Shown: positions 17,797-28,003, counted from the first letter of the stretch. The stretch: DNA of 64,000 bases from Candidatus Binatia bacterium (GCA_026415395.1 JAOAHD010000003.1:135195-199194), one strand, 5' to 3'. The notes: generated from the sequence alone by a model not told the origin. A program made the numbers and translations.

Positions 17797-19029
17797 TTAG
17801 CGGACAAGCTGATTCATCTCGAAGATGGGCAGTAAAATGGCGAGCACGATGAAGAGGACCACCGCCCCGCCAAATAGGATCATCAAAGGCTCTAAGATGC
17901 TCGTGATTGCGGCGACGGCCGTGGACACTTCGCTGTCGTAGGCGTCGGCCGCTTTGGTAAGCATGGTTTCGAGCTGCCCGCTTTTCTCGCCCACGGCGAT
18001 CATGTGGACAAGCATCGGAGGGAACAATCCGCTCTTTTTGAGCGGCGGCGCAATGCTTTGGCCTTCGCGGATGCTGTTTCGTGCCTCTTCGATGGCCTGC
18101 GACAGCACGGCGTTACTAACAACGTGTTTCACAATTTCTAGCGCCACCAGCAGGTTGATGCCGCTGTTGAGCAATGTTGCCAAGGTGCGGGCGAAGCGTG
18201 CTAACGCAACCTTACGGATTAGGTTGCCGAAGTATGGGATCTTTAAAACGGTGCGGTCGAACCGCAGCCTGCCGGTCGGAGTACGTCGGCTCATTTGAAT
18301 GGCAATCACTGATGCACCGAGAGCTGTGACAAAGAGCCACCAATAATCTTGAGCTAGCCCGCTCACCGTCAGCAAAATTCTAGTCATGAGTGGGAGCGTG
18401 GCTTGGTTTTCCGCGAAGATCTTCGTGATTTTCGGGACCACGTAAGAAAGCAAGAAGAGGAGGATTGCTGTGCCTGTCAGCGCCATGAGCGTAGGATAGG
18501 TCAGCGCCGAGCGGACTTTATTCCGCAGCTGCGCATAGTTCTCCGTGTAGTCCGCTAACCGGAGGAGTACGACATCGAGCGCACCGCTCGCTTCCCCCGC
18601 CCGTACCATATTGACATAAAGGTCGTTGAACACACGCGGGTGGGCTTTCATTGCGTCAGCCAGAGCTCCACCTTCGGTGACCAGCTCCCGCACCTGGGAG
18701 AGAACGCGCTTCGTGCGCGCACTTTCCGTTTGTTCGATGAGAGCTGAAAGGGCTTCGACCAACGGGATCTTGGCCCCGACAAGGGTGGCGAGTTGGCGCG
18801 TCAACAGGGCGAGCTCTTCAGGGGTGATCCGCTCGAAGTATCGTCCGATTTGCCATCCCCCTAGGGATTGTTCCGCCTTGCTTGTTCGTCGTTCCTGCTC
18901 GACGAGCTCGGTGGGGAAAACGCCTTCGCGCCGAAGTTTTTGCCGAGCTCCCTTGGGATTTTCAGCGTCAATGATGCCGCTGATTGCTCTCCCAGCAGCG
19001 TTAAATCCTCTATAGGCGTATACCGGCAT
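17797..19029 (-). CDS. gspF: Type II secretion inner membrane platform protein F
   Basis: MPVYAYRG start, MVRAGEASGAL, ALTYP, MIAVGEKSGQL, LEPLMI. Confidence 0.96.
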   Translation of the reverse strand: MPVYAYRGFNAAGRAISGIIDAENPKGARQKLRREGVFPTELVEQERRTSKAEQSLGGWQIGRYFERITPEELALLTRQLATLVGAKIPLVEALSALIEQTESARTKRVLSQVRELVTEGGALADAMKAHPRVFNDLYVNMVRAGEASGALDVVLLRLADYTENYAQLRNKVRSALTYPTLMALTGTAILLFLLSYVVPKITKIFAENQATLPLMTRILLTVSGLAQDYWWLFVTALGASVIAIQMSRRTPTGRLRFDRTVLKIPYFGNLIRKVALARFARTLATLLNSGINLLVALEIVKHVVSNAVLSQAIEEARNSIREGQSIAPPLKKSGLFPPMLVHMIAVGEKSGQLETMLTKAADAYDSEVSTAVAAITSILEPLMILFGGAVVLFIVLAILLPIFEMNQLVR

Positions 19030-19084
19030 AACCGTTACGATTAGTTCGTCCCCAGGTAGCCGAAGCTGCGGATGCCGATCTGCC

Positions 19085-20794
19085 TCACACGATATCGTCC
19101 TGTGTGACGCGTAAGACTTCCTCTATCGTGGTGATCCCAGCAAGCACTTTCTCGGCCCCGTCCTCTCGCAGCGTGTTCATACCGTGGGCTGTGGCTGTGC
19201 GGCGGATTGAAGCTGCGTCTGCATTTTTCATCACGAGGGAACGAATCTCGTCATCGACAACCAAAAGTTCATGGATCCCTGTCCTGCCGCGGTACCCTTT
19301 GCCCTTGCATTGGGCACAGCCTGGCCCCTGCTTGTAGATTTCCCGCCCGCCGAGCTGTTGGGGAGTGATGCCGACCTCCTCAATTTCCTCTCTTGTGGGA
19401 CGGTAAGCAACTCGACACTCCGTGCAAACCCTCCGGACCAGGCGTTGCGCCATCACGGCGATCACTGAACTAGAGACCAAGAAGGGTTCGATACCCATGT
19501 CGAGCAAGCGGGTCATGGCACCGAACGAGTCGTTGGTGTGTAAAGTGGAAAACACGAGGTGGCCGGTAAGCGCCGCCTGAATTGCAATCTCAGCCGTCTC
19601 CGTGTCGCGAATCTCGCCGACCATGATCACGTCGGGATCCTGACGCAGGATTGAGCGAAGCCCGTTCGCGAAGGTCAAATCGATCTTCGGGTTCACCTGG
19701 ATTTGCCCGATGCCGTGCAACTGGTACTCAATCGGATCTTCAATCGTGATGATGTTTTTATCGGTTGTGTTGATCTTAGCGAGGCAGGCGTACAACGTGG
19801 TTGTTTTACCGCTACCGGTGGGGCCCGTAACCAGGATGATCCCGTGGCTCTGGCGAATCAATCGGTTGACCGTTTCGAGCTTGTTTCCGGTCAGCCCGAG
19901 CTCCTCTAACTGGAGCAAGGTGCTGGCCCGATCGAGTAAACGCATGACGACACGCTCCCCGTGGGCGGTCGGCACGATGGAGACGCGGATGTCGATATCC
20001 TTTCCTGCCAGCCGAATGCGAATTCTCCCGTCCTGCGGGAGCCGTTTTTCCGCAATGTTCAGCCCGGCCATCACCTTGATTCGGGAAATAATAATCGGCT
20101 GGAAACGTTTTGGCGGCGAAAGGATGTCGTACAGTACGCCGTCGATCCGGAATCTGACCAAAAGGTCGCGCTCATACGGCTCAATATGGATATCGCTCGC
20201 TCGATCCTTCGAGGCTTGAAAAATTAATTGGTTCACCAGGCGGATGATCGGCGCTTCCTCGTCCGCGTCCAATAGATCCCTTGGTTCCTCAAGGTCAGCG
20301 AGTTCAAGGTCGAGCCGCTCTGTGTCCAGATCGTCCATGAGTTCGGAGGCCGACCCGGCAGTGATTTGGTCGTAGGCGCGGTTAATCGCGTCTAACACAA
20401 GTGGGGCGGGAGCGACAAACACCTTGATCGGGTGGCGTAGAAGCACGCGGAGGTCATCCAGTGCGCCAATCTGGCTTGGATCCGCAGAGGCGACCACCAC
20501 CGCGTTGCCTTCTCTGGCAACGGGTAGCAGGAGGTAGCGCTTGGCGAAGTTGATGGGCACTTGTTGCACAAGATCGAGCACGTCCTCTTCCGGCAGACGA
20601 TCGCGAAACGGCAGGCCGTAGTGGTGGGCCACAGCACGAGCCCAGGTTGCACTGTCAATTGCCCCCATCTCCTGGAGAACGTCGCCCAGACCTTTGCCCT
20701 CCCGCTGGCGTTCGCGTGCCTTCTCTAAAACCTCCTCGCTGAGGTTACCGTACTGCACGAGCAATGCTTCGAGGGAACGAGCCGCGACCGCCAT
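19085..20794 (-). CDS. gspE: Type II secretion ATPase E
   Basis: ASDIHIEP, GPTGSGKTTT, TIEDPIEY, LRQDPDVIMVGEIRD, CxxC...CxxC Zn motif. Confidence 0.97.
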   Translation of the reverse strand: MAVAARSLEALLVQYGNLSEEVLEKARERQREGKGLGDVLQEMGAIDSATWARAVAHHYGLPFRDRLPEEDVLDLVQQVPINFAKRYLLLPVAREGNAVVVASADPSQIGALDDLRVLLRHPIKVFVAPAPLVLDAINRAYDQITAGSASELMDDLDTERLDLELADLEEPRDLLDADEEAPIIRLVNQLIFQASKDRASDIHIEPYERDLLVRFRIDGVLYDILSPPKRFQPIIISRIKVMAGLNIAEKRLPQDGRIRIRLAGKDIDIRVSIVPTAHGERVVMRLLDRASTLLQLEELGLTGNKLETVNRLIRQSHGIILVTGPTGSGKTTTLYACLAKINTTDKNIITIEDPIEYQLHGIGQIQVNPKIDLTFANGLRSILRQDPDVIMVGEIRDTETAEIAIQAALTGHLVFSTLHTNDSFGAMTRLLDMGIEPFLVSSSVIAVMAQRLVRRVCTECRVAYRPTREEIEEVGITPQQLGGREIYKQGPGCAQCKGKGYRGRTGIHELLVVDDEIRSLVMKNADAASIRRTATAHGMNTLREDGAEKVLAGITTIEEVLRVTQDDIV

Positions 20795-20798
20795 GGAA

Positions 20799-23678
20799 CT
20801 AGCTGAGTTTCCAGTTTGCTTCGTTCACCACGGGGATTTCAACCGCCTCCCTCCAGTGGAGGAAGGTGGGAGGATTCGTGCTGACCCGCATGCCCTCCGG
20901 ATAGGAGGCAAATGCTTCGGCTGGACTGTCGAACACCTCCAGGCAGAGATACCGAGCACGGTAACCACCCGACTCGAACCGGTAAATCGCCCCCTTTTGA
21001 AACATGAGTGCAAGTGGCGCATCGCTCGGAACAGCCAGCGCTAAGAGCCCGTTGCTAGTTTCGAGACTCGGGAGTGGGCGACCCGAATCTTCCAACAACG
21101 CTAGCAAGATGTAGCGATTTGTGGAGCTTTTGGGCCGGCTTCCCACGTCCGCACCCTGCGCATCCTGCTCATGATTTCTGGACTCGACATCTGGGTCGGA
21201 CTGCCGCCTCTGCTCTGGGTTGCCATTGTGATTGGCTCCGGGTTTGTAGACCTCGATGCGAGAGCGGGTTCCGCGCTCCGACGGCTCGCGGTCTTCCGGG
21301 GCGGGTTCGATGGACGGCCTCACCTCCCATGATGGCGCATATAGCTGCTCCCACCGCGGCGGACGCTGGCCCATTTCCTCGTAAGGTTTGCGAAGGACAC
21401 GATCGCGTTCGGATACAGCAACGTTCCGCTGGTCTCGTTCGTTGCGAATGATGTGGGGCGTCAAGAAAATCAGCAAATTCGTCTTCCGGTTGCGGGTCGA
21501 GTCGAATCGAAAGGCATTTCCAATGACCGGAATGTCCCCCAAGAAAGGCACCTTGCTCACATTCTTCCCACGAGCTTCGAACATGATACCGCCAATGACA
21601 ACGGTTTGCCCGTCACGAGTAACGACACTTGTCGTAGCCGACCGGATTGTGGTTGTCGGACCAAGCTGAGGATCGTTGGAGATCACATCGGAGACCTCTT
21701 GGAAAATATCCAACCGAACTTGCCCACCTTCGGAGATTTGCGGGGTCAATCGCAGGGTGATTCCGACATCTCGCCGCTCGATTGTCGCAAAGGTGTTACT
21801 CAAGTTCACGTCGCTCGTTGCTCGGCTGGCAATGAACGGAACGTTCTGACCAGAAACGATCTCAGCAGGTTGATTGTCGGTCGTCAGAACCGTGGGGGCT
21901 GACAAGATGTTGGCATCGGAGCGGCTCTCAAGCGCGCGCAAGAGAGCTTGTTGCGCCGGAATCGTAACACCGTTGACCGTGACCGTTTGCGAGCTCGCGG
22001 CGGCAAGCACGAGGCCCGATAAGTTGGTCGGATTGAGTAGCTGGTTGATGTTCCCGCTGAGGTTTGTGCGGCCAAAACCCACTCCATTGGGAATCTCGGT
22101 GGCTCCTTGGAGTTCGATCCCGAGTTCCCGACTCAAGTCCAAAGAGACCTCGGCAATGATTGCCTCTACGTAGACCTGTCGCCGGCGGACGTCCAATTTC
22201 TCGATCACCTCACGGAGTGTTTCAAAATCCTGCGGCGAGGCGTTGATGATGAGTGCATTCGTTGCGGGGTCAGCACTAATGCGCACCTGCCCTTCGAATT
22301 CGCTTTGCTGGCCAGGTTGTCCGCCGGCAACGCCCGGCGTGGTGCCGGCTAAGCCCGGGCGCCGTCCGGCCAAAGAGCCGGCCGCACCAAAACCTGTTTG
22401 CCCAAGGCCCAAGCCAATCCCCGGAGCGAGTCCCCCGAAGCCAAAGCCTCCGAAGCCAGGGGTGAATCCGCCGAAACCGGGGGTCCCAAACCCGCCTAGA
22501 CCAAACCCCCCGCCGAAACGCCCGATGCCGCTAGTGAGGCCGCCCCGCACACCCCCGAATCCAAAGCCGCCTCGCAAGCCTCCGATGCCCCCGAATCCGA
22601 ACGGGCTAAAACCACCAAAGCCGGCGCCAGCGCCGACGAGCGAAGAAAGTACTGGAATGAGTTCAAAAGCGTTTGCGTATTTGAGGTAGTAAACGTGAAT
22701 CCTGCCTGTCCCCAGAGGAAGAGGCACATCCAGTCGCGCGATCAGATCTTTGATCCGCCGGGCCTCGGCTGGGCCAGCAACCAGAATCAACGAGTTAGTT
22801 CGCTCGTCCGGAATAATTTTGAAGGCACGCTCGGGGGTGACGCCACCACTAATGGCTTGACCGCCAGCTGCCGGCGTACCCGGGCGCGGTGCGGTTCCCC
22901 GACGTACTCGCGCGTCGGGTGCCGCCCCTGGTTGCGTTGCAGGAGCTCCCGTGGTTTGCGCTGAGGGTTCTTCCAAAAGCTGTTGCAGCAAAGCGGCAAT
23001 GTCACCGGCGAACGCGTAATTCAGCCGCACAACTTCAATCTCTTGCTGCTGCCCCTCCACGTCTAATTGAGAGAGAATCTTCGCTAACCGATCCGTTTGT
23101 GCCGCTGTGTCAATGATGATTAGGGTGTTGGTTGGGGTGTAGGCGGTTAGCAATCCGTCGGGTGAGGCTAATGGCTGCAGGATTGCAACCATGTTATTTG
23201 CGTCCACATACTTGAGCCGAATCAGTCGCGTGATGTATTCGTCGCGCGGTTGCGGCCGCGTTTCGGGCAATACGGTATCGATGGTTGAAGTCTTCGCGTC
23301 CTTCGTCGGAAGAATTTTGATGATCGAACCAGCGGGTACCGTGGTGAAGCCTTTGACTTGAAGGACCGACTGGAAGACTAAGTATGCCTCGTCGACCGAA
23401 ATTTTCCCGGGCGAAATGATGGTCACCTTGCCGCGCACCTTCTCGTCGACAATAAAGTTTTTGCCAGTGATGTCACTGATGAACTTCACTAAGACGGCAA
23501 TATCAACGTCTTGGAAGTTCATCGTGATTTTGGCTGGTTCACCATCCTCCACTTGCTCTTGCACAGCGCTGGATTCTTCCTGCTGAGCGGAGGCCATCCC
23601 GATCGGGAGCGGCCATGCCCCGGTGACGGCACCAAAGACTGCAAACATAAAACCCCAACGCCGCATACCACCCCTCAT
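20799..23678 (-). CDS. gspD: Type II secretion secretin D with Phe/Gly-rich N3 insert and C-terminal extension
   Basis: Signal peptide, N0 MNFQDVDI, repeated L(K/N)YxxA N-domains, RRQVYVEAIIAEV, KVPFLGDIPVIGNAF, KTNLLIFLTPHII. Confidence 0.96.
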   Translation of the reverse strand: MRGGMRRWGFMFAVFGAVTGAWPLPIGMASAQQEESSAVQEQVEDGEPAKITMNFQDVDIAVLVKFISDITGKNFIVDEKVRGKVTIISPGKISVDEAYLVFQSVLQVKGFTTVPAGSIIKILPTKDAKTSTIDTVLPETRPQPRDEYITRLIRLKYVDANNMVAILQPLASPDGLLTAYTPTNTLIIIDTAAQTDRLAKILSQLDVEGQQQEIEVVRLNYAFAGDIAALLQQLLEEPSAQTTGAPATQPGAAPDARVRRGTAPRPGTPAAGGQAISGGVTPERAFKIIPDERTNSLILVAGPAEARRIKDLIARLDVPLPLGTGRIHVYYLKYANAFELIPVLSSLVGAGAGFGGFSPFGFGGIGGLRGGFGFGGVRGGLTSGIGRFGGGFGLGGFGTPGFGGFTPGFGGFGFGGLAPGIGLGLGQTGFGAAGSLAGRRPGLAGTTPGVAGGQPGQQSEFEGQVRISADPATNALIINASPQDFETLREVIEKLDVRRRQVYVEAIIAEVSLDLSRELGIELQGATEIPNGVGFGRTNLSGNINQLLNPTNLSGLVLAAASSQTVTVNGVTIPAQQALLRALESRSDANILSAPTVLTTDNQPAEIVSGQNVPFIASRATSDVNLSNTFATIERRDVGITLRLTPQISEGGQVRLDIFQEVSDVISNDPQLGPTTTIRSATTSVVTRDGQTVVIGGIMFEARGKNVSKVPFLGDIPVIGNAFRFDSTRNRKTNLLIFLTPHIIRNERDQRNVAVSERDRVLRKPYEEMGQRPPRWEQLYAPSWEVRPSIEPAPEDREPSERGTRSRIEVYKPGANHNGNPEQRRQSDPDVESRNHEQDAQGADVGSRPKSSTNRYILLALLEDSGRPLPSLETSNGLLALAVPSDAPLALMFQKGAIYRFESGGYRARYLCLEVFDSPAEAFASYPEGMRVSTNPPTFLHWREAVEIPVVNEANWKLS

Positions 23679-23688
23679 GTTCCCTCGC

Positions 23689-24612
23689 CTAGCGGATTTT
23701 GTAGATGGTCTCGAACGGTTGCTTATTTCGGATCCCCGCCACCTTGATTTCGCTTGTGTTCCGCAATTCCTGAAACAGGGCCAAGGCTCTCGCTGGGTCA
23801 CTCAAGTCTTGCCCATTAATGCTTTGGATAACATCTCCGTTGCGTAGCCCCAACTGCTCGAAAATACTCCCCTGGCGAATGGCGAACAACCGAAATCCGG
23901 TCGACTTGCCGTTTTCGAAATGCGGCACCGCCCGCATCTGGGTGAGTAGCTGATTCATATTATCGAGTTGACGATCAACTTCTGCGCGGTCGATATGGTA
24001 CTCGTTCTCTGCGACTTGCTGGACATGAGGGTTCGGCGCGACGGCTGACGCGCTCGGATCGGGGACTGTGGACGGAAACGACGCATTCACAATCACCCGC
24101 TGTCCACCCGCTGTTGGCGCTCCAATCGGAAGGCCGCCAGCCCCGGGTTGAGCAAGCTCGAGGATTTCTTCAAATCCACCACGATCGAGAACGACATGGT
24201 CCCAGCGGATCTCCTTCACTGTGGCAGCGCCTGGAACTTGGTCCCCGACGCGATACACTTCTTGTTTCCGACTGGCCAGGTCCTCAATGACGCAGTAGGA
24301 TGGTCCCTTCGTGTGCAGGGAGACGCCCCAAAGTTTCAAATTCAGCTTCGTTGGGGGCGGCGGCGCTTCGACCTTGACCTCTTCAACCGGCTTCGCCGGG
24401 TTGAAAATGTCTCTCGCGCTAATCGCACTGTAGGCCGCTAGCGGCCGCTTTGCAGGTTTTTGGATCGGCGGAGGCGGCGGCTTCAGCCGAACCTCAGGCG
24501 GAACCGCCAGGTGGGCCGCAATTGCCCAGCTCACCGCCGAGGCCGCGAGGTAAGCGACAAGCGTAAGCAGCGCAAAGTTGACCCATATGAGGTGGCGCGG
24601 AGAGAACTTCAT
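23689..24612 (-). CDS. gspC: Type II secretion protein C (HR plus PDZ domains)
   Basis: TM helix, RDIF, LKLWGV HR domain, PDZ LGLRNGDVIQSING. Confidence 0.92.
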   Translation of the reverse strand: MKFSPRHLIWVNFALLTLVAYLAASAVSWAIAAHLAVPPEVRLKPPPPPIQKPAKRPLAAYSAISARDIFNPAKPVEEVKVEAPPPPTKLNLKLWGVSLHTKGPSYCVIEDLASRKQEVYRVGDQVPGAATVKEIRWDHVVLDRGGFEEILELAQPGAGGLPIGAPTAGGQRVIVNASFPSTVPDPSASAVAPNPHVQQVAENEYHIDRAEVDRQLDNMNQLLTQMRAVPHFENGKSTGFRLFAIRQGSIFEQLGLRNGDVIQSINGQDLSDPARALALFQELRNTSEIKVAGIRNKQPFETIYKIR

Positions 24613-24826
24613 CACGGCAACTGCGGTCCACGGGGTGTATAGACGAACGGGCTTTGGCGATTCAAGCAAACGACCTGCCGAGTCGATTGACTGCATGAGG
24701 TTGCACCGATACGTTTGCTTGCGACGACCCACCAACGCGAAACTTCACTCGTGTGAGACTGTTGGTTACCTGGTACAAGTATCGATGATCCTATTTTGAA
24801 GGCTGTCAACGGAGGTGTGCAGCAAG

Positions 24827-25204
24827 ATGACCATACCCGATCGAAAGGAGTGTGATTCCGGTCACTTCGAAGTGGTCCGCCTCACGGCTGTTGCAGCAGA
24901 ACAAGCCAGGCAAGCTCTGGCTCGGCGGGGGCTCGAGGATGGTGTGTTGCGGGTTGCCGTTTCGGGAGGCGGATGCTCTGGAATGCAATATTCGTTGACG
25001 GTCGAGGCTGCCCCGAAACCGGGAGACTACCTTCTCGATGACCAAGGTATCCGTGTCGCAGTGGATGAACAGGCTCTTCCGTACATCCGGGGTACGGTGA
25101 TCGATTATGTCTCCGGCCTCCATAGTGCGGGGTTCAAATTTTTGAATCCGAATGCAACCCGGACCTGCGGCTGTGGGTCGTCTTTCTCAGTGGGCGATTC
25201 GTAG
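24827..25204 (+). CDS. iscA: HesB/IscA/ErpA-family iron-sulfur cluster assembly accessory protein
   Basis: GGGCSGMQY and NPNATRTCGCGSSF motifs; GGAGG upstream. Confidence 0.9.
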   Translation: MTIPDRKECDSGHFEVVRLTAVAAEQARQALARRGLEDGVLRVAVSGGGCSGMQYSLTVEAAPKPGDYLLDDQGIRVAVDEQALPYIRGTVIDYVSGLHSAGFKFLNPNATRTCGCGSSFSVGDS

Positions 25205-25242
25205 GGGTAAGATCGGAGCGTGTACACTCCGGAAAGGGGCAG

Positions 25243-25908
25243 ATGAGGTATTTACCGATCTTCCTCGATTTACGTGGCGCGAGTGGGGTTGTGGTGGGAG
25301 GCGGTGAGGCCGCTTTTCACAAATGCAAAGTGCTTCTAGAAGCTGGCGCTCGGGTGACTGTGGTGAGTCCTACCCTCGTGCCCGAGTTCGCTCCGTTGCT
25401 GGCTCATGAGTCCTGCAGGCACGTTTCGAGGAATTACCAGAGGGGGGATCTGCACGGGTGTCGCATAGCGGTGGTGGCAACGGACGACCCTACAGTGCAG
25501 GAAGCCGTTGTAACCGAAGCGAACGAGCGTGGGGTCTTGGTGAATGCCGTCGATCGCCCTGACCTCTGCGCATTTGTGATGCCTGCGATTCTGTCGCGCG
25601 GCGACATCGTGATTGCCGTGGGGACGTCGGCAACCTCCCCAGGATTCGCCGCCGCTTTACGGGACCGCATTGGACGCTGGTTAGGGCCCGAGTATGTTGC
25701 CGCTTTGGGTATAGCGCGGGTTTTGCGCGAGCGGTGGCAGTCCGGGAAGATCCCGATGGAAGAGCGACGACGGAGAAGTAGATTGTTGTTGGAAGAGGAT
25801 TTTTTGGCCGCTCTTCGGCGTGGAGATGTAGCTGCCGTACAGAAGAGCATCTCCTCAATTGAGGGAGAAGAGGTCGAGCTTCCTTCGCTGCAAGGGCTGA
25901 GCTCATGA
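25243..25908 (+). CDS. sirC: Precorrin-2 dehydrogenase / sirohydrochlorin ferrochelatase (CysG N-terminal / SirC / Met8-like)
   Basis: YLPIFLDL, VVGGGEAA Rossmann motif, VNAVDRPDLCAFVMPA, SPGFA. Confidence 0.88.
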   Translation: MRYLPIFLDLRGASGVVVGGGEAAFHKCKVLLEAGARVTVVSPTLVPEFAPLLAHESCRHVSRNYQRGDLHGCRIAVVATDDPTVQEAVVTEANERGVLVNAVDRPDLCAFVMPAILSRGDIVIAVGTSATSPGFAAALRDRIGRWLGPEYVAALGIARVLRERWQSGKIPMEERRRRSRLLLEEDFLAALRRGDVAAVQKSISSIEGEEVELPSLQGLSS

Positions 25909-26738
25909 ATGAGCTGCCTTTAGGCCTGGCGGTTTGCGGCTATCTGCTGGCTACAGCGGCGTTTCTTTTTCATGTGGTGTCGGGATCGCGGCAAGCGAGA
26001 AAACTAGGGCACGGGGTGCTTATTGTGGCCGTCTGCGGGCATTTCCTTGCCCTAGCGATGCGGGTCTTCACCGCCGGTTATCAAGCGCTCGCGCCACTGC
26101 CAGAGCAGCTTTCGCTGATGAGCTTTTTCGCTGTTTGTGTGTACCTCCTGGTCTCCCTGCAGGTTTCCCTCGCAGCGGTGGCCGCAATTGTTGCCCCTTT
26201 GGCTGCGATCGGAACGATTGCTGCCTATTTTTTCGAGGTGGGCCACCAGGCTGTGAAGGCACCCAGCGCGGGGATTTTGTTGCCCATACACATCGGACCG
26301 ACACTTCTCGGCTACGGCGTCTTTGCCCTGTCCTTTTGCCTAAGCGTGGCTTACCTGGCTCAAGAGCGACAACTGAAATCAAAGGCCCGTAGCGGCGTGT
26401 TCCGGCGCTTACCGTCGCTCGAAACGCTCGACCAGTGGAATCATCGGTTCGTCGCTTGGGGCTTTGTGTTCTTCACGATCGGTATTCTCAGTGGAGTTTG
26501 GTTGGCGAGACAAACGTGGGGAGAGCTGTGGTCCTGGGAGCCGCTTCAAACGTGGTCTGGAATCGCGTGGGTTTTCTACGCGGCTTTGTTGCACTTACGC
26601 AGCATTGGCTGGCGGGGCAGACGCGCCGCGCGGCTTGTGGTTTACTCTTTTCTCCTCCTTTTGGCTTCATTCATCGGGGTCAGCATGTTCTTCCCAGGCC
26701 GCCACGGGGTCCAAACATCATGGAGCCTCAACTCCTGA
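25905..26738 (+). CDS. CcsA/HemX-like cytochrome c assembly family membrane protein
   Basis: About 8 TM helices, LPSLETLD, Trp-rich WGELWSWEP, GWRGRRAA; lies directly before hemA. Confidence 0.85.
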   Translation: MNELPLGLAVCGYLLATAAFLFHVVSGSRQARKLGHGVLIVAVCGHFLALAMRVFTAGYQALAPLPEQLSLMSFFAVCVYLLVSLQVSLAAVAAIVAPLAAIGTIAAYFFEVGHQAVKAPSAGILLPIHIGPTLLGYGVFALSFCLSVAYLAQERQLKSKARSGVFRRLPSLETLDQWNHRFVAWGFVFFTIGILSGVWLARQTWGELWSWEPLQTWSGIAWVFYAALLHLRSIGWRGRRAARLVVYSFLLLLASFIGVSMFFPGRHGVQTSWSLNS

Positions 26739-28003
26739 TTGTAGGAGTCAACCACCACTGGGCTCCTGTTGAGGTGCGGGAACGCTTGGCGATCCAAGCA
26801 GAGGACGTTGCCGAGTTTTTAGGCTCGCTGGTGCAGTCGCCTGCAGTGGAGGAAGCGGCGCTACTTTCAACCTGTAACCGCGTGGAGGTCCTTGTGGTCA
26901 CTAGGGATGGGGAGGAGGCGGTCGCAGCCGTCACTGAGCGGCTGGCCTCCGTAGGGCAGTGCCCACGGGAGGAACTCAACGACAAATTGTTTCAGTATCG
27001 AGGCAGGGAAGCGGTTCGTCACCTGTTCCGCGTGGCGGCGAGTTTGGACTCTCTGGTCGTCGGAGAACCGCAGATTTTGGGTCAGGTGAAGGAATCGTAC
27101 CGCAGCGCGTCTGCGGCTGGGACGATCGGCGTTATATTACATCGCTGTTTCCACAAAGCGTTTGCGGTTGCCAAACGCGTTCGTACCCGCACCGGGATTG
27201 CCAGTCGGGCAGTGTCTGTGAGCTCGGCGGCGGTTGAGCTTGCTTCGAAGGTGTTCGATCGCCTTGATGACAAGACAGGCCTGCTGATCGGTGCCGGCAC
27301 GATTGGAGAATTAGCGGCACGGCACCTTTTGTCGCACGGCTTGCGGAGCTTGTTGGTCGTCAATCGCAGCTTTGAGCGCGCCGTGGCCGTGGCGAAGCAG
27401 TTTGGGGCCACTCCCGTGCCTTTCGAGGAATTGACGCAGGCTCTGGTGTGGTCGGACCTCGTGATCGGCGCAACCGCTGCCCAGGATTTTATCTTAACCG
27501 CGGATGCCATCCGTCAGATCTTACGGCAGCGAAAATTCCGCCCCCTTTTTTTGATCGATTTGAGCGTGCCCCGGAACTTCGAGCCGAAGATTAACCAGAT
27601 TGACCAAGTGTACCTGTTCGACATCGATGATTTAGCCCTCGTCGCCGAACAAAACCGCGAGCAGCGCGCTGAGGAAGCTGAGCGCGCCCAGTGGATTGTT
27701 GATGCGGAAGTGGATGCTTTTATGCGGTGGCTCCAATCGTTGCAGGTTGTGCCCACCATTGTCGCTTTGCGACATAGGTTCGAAGCCCTCCGTCAACAAG
27801 AGTTAGAACGTTTCTTGGTGAGCCACCCCGGGCTTGATCCGCGGTTGCGTCAGGAAATGATTGTATTTTCTCAATCGTTAGTCGCCAAACTCTTGCATGC
27901 TCCTCTCACTCAGCTCAAGCGTGCCGCTAGTAAAGAGGAGAGACTCTACTTGGCTGCCGCGCGAAAATTATTCCAACTGGATGAAGGCGAGGGCGATCAG
28001 TGA
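26720..28003 (+). CDS. hemA: Glutamyl-tRNA reductase
   Basis: GVNHHWAP, LSTCNRVE, SLDSLVVGEPQILGQVK, IGAG, DLSVPRN. Confidence 0.97.
   Translation: MEPQLLIVGVNHHWAPVEVRERLAIQAEDVAEFLGSLVQSPAVEEAALLSTCNRVEVLVVTRDGEEAVAAVTERLASVGQCPREELNDKLFQYRGREAVRHLFRVAASLDSLVVGEPQILGQVKESYRSASAAGTIGVILHRCFHKAFAVAKRVRTRTGIASRAVSVSSAAVELASKVFDRLDDKTGLLIGAGTIGELAARHLLSHGLRSLLVVNRSFERAVAVAKQFGATPVPFEELTQALVWSDLVIGATAAQDFILTADAIRQILRQRKFRPLFLIDLSVPRNFEPKINQIDQVYLFDIDDLALVAEQNREQRAEEAERAQWIVDAEVDAFMRWLQSLQVVPTIVALRHRFEALRQQELERFLVSHPGLDPRLRQEMIVFSQSLVAKLLHAPLTQLKRAASKEERLYLAAARKLFQLDEGEGDQ

Noticed and set aside
22243..22689. Pro/Lys-rich 148-aa ORF on the + strand
   Set aside because: Antisense shadow of the Gly/Phe codons in gspD
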